The notes below the pieces were generated by a model. That model was given only the letters and a program-made list of their open reading frames with translations, was not told where the DNA came from and ran no database searches. Shown piece by piece: positions 22,409-31,173 of a stretch of 64,000 nt of DNA (positions are counted from its first letter, which is position 1; each line of letters starts with the position of its first letter). The stretch covers positions 42,662-106,661 of the forward strand of contig JALSKD010000179.1 of assembly GCA_026989015.1 (NCBI GenBank). The letters run 5' to 3'. The DNA is from Gammaproteobacteria bacterium. GTDB taxonomy: Bacteria > Pseudomonadota > Gammaproteobacteria > GCA-001735895. The position numbers were made by a program, and so were the translations under genes.

Positions 22409-23335
22409 TCAGCGGCGGGCGGTGCGGATAAACTTCATCGGATTGACCTGGCGGCCGTTCTTCAGCACTTCAAAGTGCACATGGGGGCCGGTCGAGCGAC
22501 CGGAGGTGCCCACTTCGGCAATCTGGGAGCCCTTCTCCACGGTATCTCCCACCGACACCAGCAAACGGGAATTATGCGCATAGCGGGTGACATAGCCATT
22601 GCCGTGATTGATGTCGACGACCTTGCCGTAACCCGATTTTTCGCCGGCGAAAGTGACTACGCCCTTGGCCACGGCCACCACCGGCGCGCCCAGCTTGCTG
22701 GCGAAATCGATGCCCTTGTGCATCTCGCGCTTGCCGCTGATCGGGTGGGTCCGCATGCCGTAATAGGAGGACAGCCAGCCGGTGACGATGGGCCGACCGC
22801 GGGGTTGCACTTCGGCCTGCAGGTTGCGGTTCATCAGCAGCGACTCAAGCACTGTAAGCTGGTTTTCCCGGTCTTCGAGACTGGCGGAAAGCCGCTCGAT
22901 GGCGGCACGCAGTTCGGATTCGCTGAGGTCGCTTTGGGGCTGGGCTTCAGGGCCACCCATTGCCGGGATGCGGCTGAAGTCGAATTCGCCCTTGTCGATC
23001 TTGGCCATCTTGATCAGCTTCTGGCCGAGGGCGTCGATGCGATCCACATGGGCCTGCAGCAGCCCGAGGCGCGAGGACAGCGCTTCGATGGTGGCCTGTG
23101 ACTCCTGCTCCAGCTGATCCAGTTCCTGCCGCTGTTCATGCAGTGCCTGCTTCCATTTGGCCACTTCTTCCGGCATCGCGGGGCTGGACTGGCCGCGGGC
23201 CAGCCAGTAGCCACCGTAGCCGAAGCCCCCGCCGAGCAGCGCAATGGCGAGGACGAGAGTCAGGTAGTGGCGCTTCCTGCACAGGCCGATGCTACAGAGT
23301 ATTCCATTGCTGGCCGAGAGGAAGATGATGTTCAT
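22409..23335 (-). CDS. M23 family metallopeptidase with N-terminal TM and coiled coil
   Basis: HKGID, YAHN, STGPHVHFEV; usual position upstream of secA. Confidence 0.9.
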   Translation of the reverse strand: MNIIFLSASNGILCSIGLCRKRHYLTLVLAIALLGGGFGYGGYWLARGQSSPAMPEEVAKWKQALHEQRQELDQLEQESQATIEALSSRLGLLQAHVDRIDALGQKLIKMAKIDKGEFDFSRIPAMGGPEAQPQSDLSESELRAAIERLSASLEDRENQLTVLESLLMNRNLQAEVQPRGRPIVTGWLSSYYGMRTHPISGKREMHKGIDFASKLGAPVVAVAKGVVTFAGEKSGYGKVVDINHGNGYVTRYAHNSRLLVSVGDTVEKGSQIAEVGTSGRSTGPHVHFEVLKNGRQVNPMKFIRTARR

Positions 23336-23338
23336 CGT

Positions 23339-24250
23339 TTAAACCGCTTCGACAGGTTGGGCGTAGGATATGGGCGCGGCTTCCTTGTCGTCGAAGGTGA
23401 CTTCCTCCCAGGCCTCGGCGTCGGCCAGCAGCGCCAGCAGCAGCCGGTTGTTCAGTTCATGGCCGGACTTGTAGCCGGAGAAGGCACCGATCAGGCTGTG
23501 CCCGAGCAGGTACAGGTCACCGATGGAATCGAGAATCTTGTGTTTGACGAATTCGTTGTCGTAACGCAGACCGTCCTCGTTGAGCACGCGGAAATCGTCA
23601 AGGACGATGGCGTTCTCCTGGCTGCCACCCAGGGCCAGGTTGTTGGCACGCAGGTGCTCGATGTCCTTCTGGAAGCCGAAGGTACGGGCGCGGCTGACTT
23701 CCTTGACGAAGGAGGTGGTCGAGAAGTTGACCTCACAGATCTGCTTTTCCGGAGTGAACAGCGGGTGATCGAAGTCGATCTGGAAGCTGACCTTGAAGCC
23801 CTCGAAGGGCTCGAACTGCACCCATTTGTCACCGTCCTCGACGCGGATGGTCTTGCGGATACGAATGAACCGCTTGGCCGCGGGCTGTTCGACGATACCC
23901 GCCGACTGGATCAGGAACACGAAGGGACCGGCGCTGCCGTCCATGATCGGCACCTCGTCGGCCGTGAGGTCGATGTAGGCATTGTCGATGCCCAGGCCCG
24001 CCATCGCCGACAGCAGATGCTCGACGGTGGAGATGCGCACGCCGTCGCGGATCAGCGTGGTTGACAGCTTGGTATCACCGACATGGTCGGGTCGGGCGAG
24101 GATCTCGACCGGCTCATCGAGATCGACGCGGCGGAAACGGATGCCGGTATCGGGGGCGGCAGGCCGCAGGGTCAGATAGACCTTGTTGCCGGTGTGCAGG
24201 CCAACGCCCATGGCGCGGATGACGTTCTTGAGTGTGCGTTGTTTGATCAA
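23339..24250 (-). CDS. lpxC: UDP-3-O-acyl-GlcNAc deacetylase
   Basis: QRTLK, GVGLHTG, TVEHLL, HKILD, KSGH; TTG start. Confidence 0.97.
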   Translation of the reverse strand: MIKQRTLKNVIRAMGVGLHTGNKVYLTLRPAAPDTGIRFRRVDLDEPVEILARPDHVGDTKLSTTLIRDGVRISTVEHLLSAMAGLGIDNAYIDLTADEVPIMDGSAGPFVFLIQSAGIVEQPAAKRFIRIRKTIRVEDGDKWVQFEPFEGFKVSFQIDFDHPLFTPEKQICEVNFSTTSFVKEVSRARTFGFQKDIEHLRANNLALGGSQENAIVLDDFRVLNEDGLRYDNEFVKHKILDSIGDLYLLGHSLIGAFSGYKSGHELNNRLLLALLADAEAWEEVTFDDKEAAPISYAQPVEAV

Positions 24251-24445
24251 GTGCGGGTACCAGAAATTCGGGTTGACAGAGCGTTGGCCGCTTTAACCTT
24301 TTATTATGAGGGAGTAATGACACGGAATCAATCGACTCCCATGACCCAAGCATAGACACGGCCGCCCGGAATTGGTGCCATCAATCCGCCGTACACGCAG
24401 GATCGCTGACGAACGGCAGCAAACGGGGTACCGGCGTTCTTGTCA

Positions 24446-24820
24446 TTAACCCGGATTCTGGCGCAACCAGCTTTTCTGCACCTCGAGCACATAGGCGTGA
24501 ATCGCATTCTCTCCGCTTTCGGAGATCTTGCTGAACCGACAGCGGCACAGATCGCGTTGCTTGGCCACGACCTCGATGGATACAGGAAAGATCAGGTCCT
24601 CGCTGGGGATCTTCAGCGTGCCCACGGCCTGACTGCCCTCGTTGAAGTTGTGGCTGCGAAAACAGCAGCCGGTGGCGCTGACATTGACCAGTTGATAGGA
24701 GTTGCCCGCCACGGTAAGGATGATCGGCCGGTTGCGGTCGGGCTGGATGCGGTAGGCCCGGCGCAGGTCGCGGTCATCTTCAGGCAGCTCGATGTCAGTT
24801 TTCTTCTTTCTCCAGAACAA
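24446..24820 (-). CDS. Single-domain PilZ protein (c-di-GMP receptor)
   Basis: RRAYR (RxxxR) and NVSATG (D/NxSxxG); inferred TTG start at 24820 with GGAGGG RBS, overlapping the motB end. Confidence 0.8.
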   Translation of the reverse strand: MFWRKKKTDIELPEDDRDLRRAYRIQPDRNRPIILTVAGNSYQLVNVSATGCCFRSHNFNEGSQAVGTLKIPSEDLIFPVSIEVVAKQRDLCRCRFSKISESGENAIHAYVLEVQKSWLRQNPG

Positions 24821-25544
24821 ATTCCACCCTCCGGTTGCGGGCCCGGTTCTCGGGCGTGTCATTGGGCGCGATCGGCAGGAAGTCGGCATAACCGGTCGCG
24901 GTCATGCGCTCCGGATCGATTCCCTGCCGAATGAAGTACCGCAACACAGTGGTCGCGCGTACCGCCGACAGCTCCCAGTTCGACGGAAAGGCCTCGGTCT
25001 CGATGCTGCGGTCATCCGTATGCCCACGGATGGAGATCCGGTAATCCGGATACTCGCGGAACAGCTGGGCCAGGTTGTTGAACACCACCTTGGCATCGTC
25101 CTTGAGCTCCGCCTTGCCGGAATCGAACAGCAGGCTGCCATCGATGCTCAGGTTGATCTGATCACCGACCGCAGTCAGAGTCACCTTGTCATTGAGGTCG
25201 GTGTTCTCGATCATGCTGTCGAGTTCGTTGTACACCTTGGGCGGCCCGGTGTCGACCGCGTCCGGTGACGGGTTGAGACCGAGCATGTCCTCGACCACCT
25301 GCAGCGGCTCGGGGTTGCGCCCCTGACGGGTCGCGTAGTCGATCACGCTGACCTGATTGCCGTCGCCGTCCAGAACCATCACCTGCGCCACCAGTGCCTT
25401 GAAGGCCTTGTGGTCGAACTCGGCCAGGGTGTAGAGCAGTATGAAGAACACCAGGATCAGCGTCATCATGTCGGCAAAGGTGACCACCCAGCTGTTGCCG
25501 TTGTCGTCCTTTTCGAACTGATCGAGCAGTGATTTGCCGTCCAT
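24795..25544 (-). CDS. motB: Flagellar stator B subunit (PomB/MotS-like) with OmpA-like peptidoglycan-binding domain
   Basis: WVVTFADMMTLILVFFILLY with conserved Asp; GHTD, NWELSAVRA, RNRRVE. Confidence 0.9.
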   Translation of the reverse strand: MDGKSLLDQFEKDDNGNSWVVTFADMMTLILVFFILLYTLAEFDHKAFKALVAQVMVLDGDGNQVSVIDYATRQGRNPEPLQVVEDMLGLNPSPDAVDTGPPKVYNELDSMIENTDLNDKVTLTAVGDQINLSIDGSLLFDSGKAELKDDAKVVFNNLAQLFREYPDYRISIRGHTDDRSIETEAFPSNWELSAVRATTVLRYFIRQGIDPERMTATGYADFLPIAPNDTPENRARNRRVEFVLEKEEN

Positions 25545-26320
25545 TACTTCAACCGCTCCTTGACCGGTTGCATGGGCTTGCGCTTCTTGGCCGGCACGAA
25601 GGACGACAGCTTTTCGTACACCGACAGCGGGTTGTTGTCCTGCAGGATGCTGACCGCGCCCTGGAAGATGATCTCGAAGTTCATCACCTCGGCCAGCGTG
25701 CGCGAACGCAGCTTGCCGGCGATCGGCAGAAAAATGGCGGTGGACAACAGCGAACCATAGAAGGTCGTCAGCAGGGCCACTGCCATCGCCGGCCCCAGGG
25801 TCTCCGGGGTCGCCAGCAGTGACAGCATCTGAATCAGTCCGATCAGCGTGCCGAGCATGCCGAAAGACGGCGCGTAGAGGGCCATCTTGCGGAACACATC
25901 CTGCACAATGAAGTGCCGCATCTGCATGGATTCGATCTCGGTGCGCATCGCCGAGCGCAGGGTTTCCTCATCGGCGGCATCGGCGATCAGCGTGCACACC
26001 CGCTTGAGGAAGGGCGAGTTGGTTTTCACATCCGCCAGGCTCAGCAGCCCCTTGCGGCGGCTGATGGTGCCCAGCTTGATCATGGTGTTGATCAGTTCCT
26101 GCGGATCCTGTTTCGGCGAGGTGAACACGAAATAGGCACTCTTGAAGGCATTGATGACATCCTTGAACTGAAAGGTCAGCAGCGTCGCCGCCACCGTGCC
26201 GCCGAGCACGATCATCAGGCCCGGCGGATTCCAGAAGTTGTGGATATCGCCACCAAGAAAGATCGCGGTAACGATCAGGCCGACGCCGGAGATGATGCCG
26301 ATGAGTGAAGCGAGGTCCAT
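25544..26320 (-). CDS. motA: Flagellar stator A subunit (PomA/MotP-like)
   Basis: MDLASLIG, IVLGGT, APSFGMLGTLIGLIQML, MAVALLTTFYG; TAATG overlap with motB. Confidence 0.9.
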   Translation of the reverse strand: MDLASLIGIISGVGLIVTAIFLGGDIHNFWNPPGLMIVLGGTVAATLLTFQFKDVINAFKSAYFVFTSPKQDPQELINTMIKLGTISRRKGLLSLADVKTNSPFLKRVCTLIADAADEETLRSAMRTEIESMQMRHFIVQDVFRKMALYAPSFGMLGTLIGLIQMLSLLATPETLGPAMAVALLTTFYGSLLSTAIFLPIAGKLRSRTLAEVMNFEIIFQGAVSILQDNNPLSVYEKLSSFVPAKKRKPMQPVKERLK

Positions 26321-26359
26321 AGCTGCCTGCGGAATGAGTGTATCGGTGTCCTGGCCGCC

Positions 26360-26386
26360 TTATCGGCGGGCACTCCTGTTACTTTA
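26360..26386 (-). promoter_or_regulatory. Sigma28 (FliA) promoter of motA-motB-pilZ
   Basis: Minus strand TAAA-gtaacaggagtgccc(15 nt)-GCCGATAA, an exact consensus match, 40 nt upstream of motA. Confidence 0.85.
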
Positions 26387-26494
26387 GACGCTGGACGCCA
26401 GAATGCCATTGCAAAAGCGGTCTTTATTCGTCCGTGGGCGGATGGGATAATCGCCGCCGTTCGCATTCCCACCCGCACGCCCCGGAGCAGCAGC

Positions 26495-27208
26495 ATGGCC
26501 AACGAAGATTCACCCTTCTACAACCTGAGCATAGAGGACAACCCGGTGATCGAGGTCAGCGCCCAGGAACAGACCCTGGCCCAGGATCTGGAGCAGCACA
26601 TGCGCCACTGGAACGCGCTGCCGAAGGATGTCGATGCGCTGGAAAAGGCGCGGCTGATGCTCGACATCGCCGAATGCCACCTGGGTCTGGACGACAAGCC
26701 GCAGGCCCATCACTGGGCGCGCCCTACCGTGGACACCTTCGTCGATCGCGAGGAATGGGCGCTGGCCGTCGATGCCTGCGACATCGTCTACAACTGCGAG
26801 CAGGAGGATGCACTGGTTGCGCTGGGCAACGGCATCTGGCTGGCGGTCACCTTCCCCATCGATCCCACCGTGACCGTGCAGATGCTGCACTACATCGTCG
26901 ATGAAACTCCCGACGACTCCGACGGCGCGGCGGTGGCGGCCATGCTGGCCCATTTCATCGCCGACAGCCGGGCCGAGAGCAAGGAGCACGAGAACCTGAC
27001 CTTCCTCACCACACAGGTCATCGCCCAGGTCGCCAAGCGCCACCGTGGCATCGAGGACGAAGCCACGCTGAAGACCTGGATCGCTATGTATGAGCTGGAT
27101 CAGGTGGACAAGCTGTTGCAGAAGATGGCGCTGATTCTGGACACCATCACCGGCGGTGAGTGGTGGTACGATCGCGATGCCATACGCGAGCGACTGCCGG
27201 TCAACTGA
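26495..27208 (+). CDS. Hypothetical acidic all-helical (TPR-like) protein
   Basis: 237 aa, GGAG RBS, host-like codon usage, helical pattern; no function recognised. Confidence 0.75.
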   Translation: MANEDSPFYNLSIEDNPVIEVSAQEQTLAQDLEQHMRHWNALPKDVDALEKARLMLDIAECHLGLDDKPQAHHWARPTVDTFVDREEWALAVDACDIVYNCEQEDALVALGNGIWLAVTFPIDPTVTVQMLHYIVDETPDDSDGAAVAAMLAHFIADSRAESKEHENLTFLTTQVIAQVAKRHRGIEDEATLKTWIAMYELDQVDKLLQKMALILDTITGGEWWYDRDAIRERLPVN

Positions 27209-27212
27209 AGGG

Positions 27213-27413
27213 TCAGAGGTCGCAGGATCCGGTGGTCTGGTACACCGCCATCACCGAGCGCAACTCCTCGAGGACTCGGCTGCGTTCGGCGCTGCTGAGG
27301 CTTTCGAGCGCATCGCAGTCCAGTTGCCCGGGCTCGGCCAGCAGGGCATTGACATAGCGGCAACCCCGCTGGCAGATGGCTTCGACGGCGCCTTCGATAC
27401 GGCTCTGGTTCAT
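27213..27413 (-). CDS. Small hypothetical Cys-containing protein
   Basis: MNQSRIEGAVEAICQRGC...ELRSVMAVY...C; fills the gap between neighbours. Confidence 0.6.
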   Translation of the reverse strand: MNQSRIEGAVEAICQRGCRYVNALLAEPGQLDCDALESLSSAERSRVLEELRSVMAVYQTTGSCDL

Positions 27414-27517
27414 CGGGCAGCCCCGGATAGACTTAGGAACACCCATTATAGGCCCGGCCGACCCGGACAAAAAACCTTTGCCATAATCGGGTTAAAAATA
27501 ACAGCGAGGAATCTTCA

Positions 27518-27925
27518 ATGAGCTTTCGCACGATGCTTTTCCCCGGCATGAAGGTCGCCGCCATCGACAGCGACGGCGACCGAGCGATCATCGACATCGA
27601 TTACGCCATCATCATCAAGAACATGGATGGCGCGGAGCAGGACACCAAGTGGTACGGCAAGGGCCGCATGGTGGTCGAGGATCTGGTGATCGACAGCGAG
27701 GACTGGCCGCCAATGCCGGCCACCGTAAGCGGCGCTGGCATCAAGGACAACCAGATCACCTACCGCGACGAAGTCGTCATTCCGGTGGATTTTTTCGGCA
27801 ATGTCGGCATTACCCTGCGTTTCGAAGGTTCCGACAGCCCGGTGCGCTTTGTCGGTGAGCGGCTGACCTTCGATCTCGACGGCCACGAGAAATACATCGA
27901 GCACATCAAGCCCGATCAGGGCTGA
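27518..27925 (+). CDS. Hypothetical beta-rich protein
   Basis: 135 aa, GAGGA RBS, host-like codon usage. Confidence 0.75.
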   Translation: MSFRTMLFPGMKVAAIDSDGDRAIIDIDYAIIIKNMDGAEQDTKWYGKGRMVVEDLVIDSEDWPPMPATVSGAGIKDNQITYRDEVVIPVDFFGNVGITLRFEGSDSPVRFVGERLTFDLDGHEKYIEHIKPDQG

Positions 27926-29601
27926 CGCTCCAGGGCACCGAGATCGACCGCCGTTCCCTGCTCACGAGGGTTGCCGGCCGCATCGGTATCCGCCAGAGCG
28001 GGCAAGCCATCGGGATAGCGGCTGCTCCAGAATTCGCCGGGCCAGACGCCCGGCGCCGGCGGTGAAACTCCGGCATCGACGGCGGGGGAGCCGGCGGCCA
28101 GAGAAAAATTGCCCATCTGCAGGTCGGCAAAACCGGGGGCGGCGCGCAATTGATCGGCATTCGGCAGATCGTCGCCACCGCTGTCTTCTCCCCACCACAG
28201 ATTCTTCAGCCACTGCAGCCCGGAATAGCCGCCATTGTTCTGACTGTCCAGGTTTTCGGCCGGGGTGCCGGTACCGTACAGTATATTGTTGGCGAACACC
28301 GCATCCTTCACCCGGTAGGCCAGCGTAACCTCGCTGCCCCATCCGCGGTTATGGTACAGGGTATTGTTGTAGATCCACAGATTTCTGGCGCTGCCGCCCC
28401 CTTCGCCCTGATCGCTGGAGGCATAACCGCCCAGCGACAACCCCGCCTGCAGATTGTCGTGGATCAGTGAGTTGCGTACGACGATGTACTCGGAGGCCTT
28501 GCCGGCGTGCTCGCTGGCGATCTCCAGACCGATGTCATTGCCGATCGAAATGTTGTTTTCGAACAGAATATGGTGCCCCCCGTCCACATAGAAGCCGCCT
28601 GCACTGCCCTCGGTCGCATTGCCATAGGCCGGATTGCCCAGCGAACTGTTGTCGATGGCCCGGTTGCCACGCACGATGCCGTTGCGCGCGCGGTTATCCT
28701 CCGCATCACAGACCGGGCAGACATCCGACTCATAGCCGATGAAATCGAAGGCGATGTTGTTGTTGTCACGCACCTCATTGCCGATCAGTTCGAAACCGTC
28801 GATATTGCCGTTCAGCGTGAAGGACTCACTGGAAGCCAGCGTATTGTCATGCACCCGATTGTTGACGAAACGCAGATTGCGTATCGGCGTGGCGCTGTCG
28901 CCATAGACCGCAATCCCGTTGGCGCCCACGCCACAGCCGTCGTCCAGGGCACAGGTGGAACGATTTTCGATATGGTGTATGTCCAGACCCTGGACCTCGA
29001 TATCGCTGGAACCGCCTGAAATCAGCAGACCGATGGGCGTATCCGGCACTTCGTAGGCCGACTGCGTGCGGAAATTGCGCAGCTCCAGGTTCTTCAGCCG
29101 AATCCAGCTCGCCGAGCGCAATTCGATCAGCGCCTGCCGGTCCCGCGGAGTGATGGCGCTGCCGTCGATGACCGCCCCTGGCTCGCCGATAATCTCGATC
29201 GGTTGCGCTTCACTGCCCGAATCCTCGCTGCCAATGATCACCGTTTCGTCATAGATTCCCGGCTGAACACGCAGCCGCTCACCCGGTTGCAGGCTGTCCA
29301 CGGCAAACTGCAGCGTACGCCAGGGGGATGCCTCGCTGCCATCGCCCAGGGCATCGTCTCCGCCCGGTGAGACGAAGCGCTCGATCATCGTCCCGTCGCC
29401 TCCGTTATTGCCGCCTCCGTTATTGCCGCCTCCGTTATTGCCGCCTCCGTTATTGCCGCCTCCGTTATTGCCGCCTCCGGTATCACTGCCACTGCCATTC
29501 TGGCCGCTGTCCGTTGTTCCGTCAGTTCCTGTATCGTCGGTGATGACCTCACCGCAGGCCGTCAACAGCAGCAGGGTGAGCAGCAAAAGGGGGATGCGCA
29601 T
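27916..29601 (-). CDS. Lipoprotein with right-handed parallel beta-helix (DUF1565/pectin-lyase-like fold)
   Basis: Lipobox LTAC, Gly/Asn linker, GDGSEASPWRTLQ, repeated NxVHDN/NxIHDN beta-helix rungs, SPAVDAG...DLGALE C-terminus. Confidence 0.85.
   Translation of the reverse strand: MRIPLLLLTLLLLTACGEVITDDTGTDGTTDSGQNGSGSDTGGGNNGGGNNGGGNNGGGNNGGGNNGGDGTMIERFVSPGGDDALGDGSEASPWRTLQFAVDSLQPGERLRVQPGIYDETVIIGSEDSGSEAQPIEIIGEPGAVIDGSAITPRDRQALIELRSASWIRLKNLELRNFRTQSAYEVPDTPIGLLISGGSSDIEVQGLDIHHIENRSTCALDDGCGVGANGIAVYGDSATPIRNLRFVNNRVHDNTLASSESFTLNGNIDGFELIGNEVRDNNNIAFDFIGYESDVCPVCDAEDNRARNGIVRGNRAIDNSSLGNPAYGNATEGSAGGFYVDGGHHILFENNISIGNDIGLEIASEHAGKASEYIVVRNSLIHDNLQAGLSLGGYASSDQGEGGGSARNLWIYNNTLYHNRGWGSEVTLAYRVKDAVFANNILYGTGTPAENLDSQNNGGYSGLQWLKNLWWGEDSGGDDLPNADQLRAAPGFADLQMGNFSLAAGSPAVDAGVSPPAPGVWPGEFWSSRYPDGLPALADTDAAGNPREQGTAVDLGALERQP
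29401..29475. repeat. Perfect 15-bp tandem repeat x5 encoding (GGGNN)n
   Basis: TCCGTTATTGCCGCC repeated five times without mismatch. Confidence 0.95.
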
Positions 29602-29641
29602 GATATGAAGTCCTCGAGTTCAGTGCATGAACCGGTAACAC

Positions 29642-30529
29642 TCAGCCCCGGGGATGATGACGACGGTGCAACTCCTGCAGCCGCGCCTGAGCGATATGAG
29701 TATAAATCTGCGTGGTCGACAGGTCACTGTGTCCAAGCAGCATTTGCAGGCTGCGCAGATCGGCGCCGTGATTGAGCAGATGAGTGGCAAAGGCATGGCG
29801 CAACGAATGGGGCGTGAACGCGGTACTGATGCCGGCCCGTGCGAGGTATTTCTTCAGGTGCTGCCAAAACGCCTGCCGTGTCATCGCGCGGCCACGTACC
29901 GATAGAAATACCGCATCACTGACCACCCCGGCACGCAGCAATTGCGGGCGACCCTGATGCAGATAGCGCTCCAGCCACTCCGACGCCAGTTCGCCCAGCG
30001 GAATGATACGCTCTCGAGCGCCCTTGCCGGTCAGACGCAACAGTCCCGCGCCCAGGTTGATCTGCGACAGCAGCAAATTGACCAGTTCACTGACGCGCAA
30101 TCCGGAGCCGTACATCAATTCCAGCATCGCACGATCACGCAGACCGAACGCAGTGGTCACATCCGGGGCCTGCAACAGGCGTTCCATGTCGTCTTCTGAA
30201 AGGCTGCCCGGAAGGTGACGCGACAATCGGGGTGCATCGATGGATTCGCAGGGATTGTCCTCACGCAGGGAATGGCGCAGCAGCCAGCGATAGAATTGGC
30301 GCAGGGACGACAACTGCCGGGCCAGCGTGCGGGTGCTGGCACCTTGCTCCCCGCGCCAGGCAAGCCAGGCAAGCAGATCCGCCGTTGTTGCACGGTCGGC
30401 GGGGTTTCGCCCGTTTTCATCCAGCCATCGCTGCAACGCCTGTAAATCGCGCCTGTAGGCATCCAGCGTGGCCGCGGACAGGCCGCGCTCGGCCCAGACG
30501 GCGTCGATGTAGCGATCGACCGTATCCAT
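29642..30529 (-). CDS. xerD: Site-specific tyrosine recombinase XerD
   Basis: ERGLS..TLDAYRRDL, RDRAMLELMYGSGLRVSEL, TPHSLRHAFATHLLNHGADLR, STTQIYTH. Confidence 0.93.
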   Translation of the reverse strand: MDTVDRYIDAVWAERGLSAATLDAYRRDLQALQRWLDENGRNPADRATTADLLAWLAWRGEQGASTRTLARQLSSLRQFYRWLLRHSLREDNPCESIDAPRLSRHLPGSLSEDDMERLLQAPDVTTAFGLRDRAMLELMYGSGLRVSELVNLLLSQINLGAGLLRLTGKGARERIIPLGELASEWLERYLHQGRPQLLRAGVVSDAVFLSVRGRAMTRQAFWQHLKKYLARAGISTAFTPHSLRHAFATHLLNHGADLRSLQMLLGHSDLSTTQIYTHIAQARLQELHRRHHPRG

Positions 30530-30555
30530 CAGCACAGCCTGTCACGGGTGCAGAC

Positions 30556-30585
30556 AAAAAAGGCGCATCCTGTGATGCGCCTTTT
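30556..30585. terminator. Intrinsic terminator downstream of the Lys-rich gene (possibly bidirectional)
   Basis: AAAAAAGGCGCATC-ctgt-GATGCGCCTTTT. Confidence 0.85.
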
Positions 30586-30608
30586 GAGGGACAAAAGAGC
30601 AGGAAGAT

Positions 30609-31031
30609 TCAACTTGCGCTCTTCGGCTTGCGACCCCGTTTCTTTTTGGGCGTCAGCGCCTTTTCGAGGGCAGTCAGTTCCTTTTTGGCGAACTTGACGA
30701 TCGATTTTTCGATCGAAGAACCGGTTTTTTCAATCAGCTTGAGCAGGCCGGTCTCGCGCTTCTTGCTCAGTTTCAACTCGTTTTTGAGTGCCTTGATCTC
30801 TTCCTTAAGCGCCTTGATCTTCTCGGCGGGGGTGAGGGCTACCGGAGCCTTGCGGGCAACGGCTTTCTTTCGGGTCGCCTTCTTTCGGGTCGTGGTTTTC
30901 TTTGCAGCTGCAGCCTTGGCGGTTGCCGATTTTGGTGGACGACCCCGGCGTTTCTTGGCCGGCGCGGCGGCGGTGGTCTTTTTGGTTGAAGTGCTTTTCT
31001 TCGATTTGACGGTTTTTTTCTTGATGGCCAT
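30609..31031 (-). CDS. Histone H1-like Lys/Ala-rich protein with two AT-hook motifs and a coiled coil
   Basis: MAIKKKTVKSKK..KKRRGRPPK..IKALKEEIKALKNEL..KKKRGRKPK; followed by its own terminator. Confidence 0.8.
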   Translation of the reverse strand: MAIKKKTVKSKKSTSTKKTTAAAPAKKRRGRPPKSATAKAAAAKKTTTRKKATRKKAVARKAPVALTPAEKIKALKEEIKALKNELKLSKKRETGLLKLIEKTGSSIEKSIVKFAKKELTALEKALTPKKKRGRKPKSAS

Positions 31032-31173
31032 GGGCGAACCTGCTCCGTTGGGTTGACAAGGTAACTGGATTATAAAAAGCAACCGGCATATTTCAACAGA
31101 AGATTGTTGATTGCCGCCGATATTTTTATTATAAGCCGCCTCCCACATGCCTTTTCTGTTTTTCTCCTGTCTC

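Noticed and set aside
24795-26320. MotA/MotB pair as Zorya (ZorAB) or ExbBD/TolQR
   Set aside because: MotA is 258 aa without the long ZorA tail, there are no zorC/D/E genes, MotB has a flagellar-type TM plus OmpA domain, and a sigma28 promoter is present
29401-29475. Direct repeats as a CRISPR array
   Set aside because: Contiguous 15-bp units without spacers, in frame inside a CDS, and no cas genes
29642-30529. Tyrosine recombinase as the integrase of a genomic island
   Set aside because: The motifs are those of chromosomal XerD; no att repeats, tRNA or phage/ICE genes were seen
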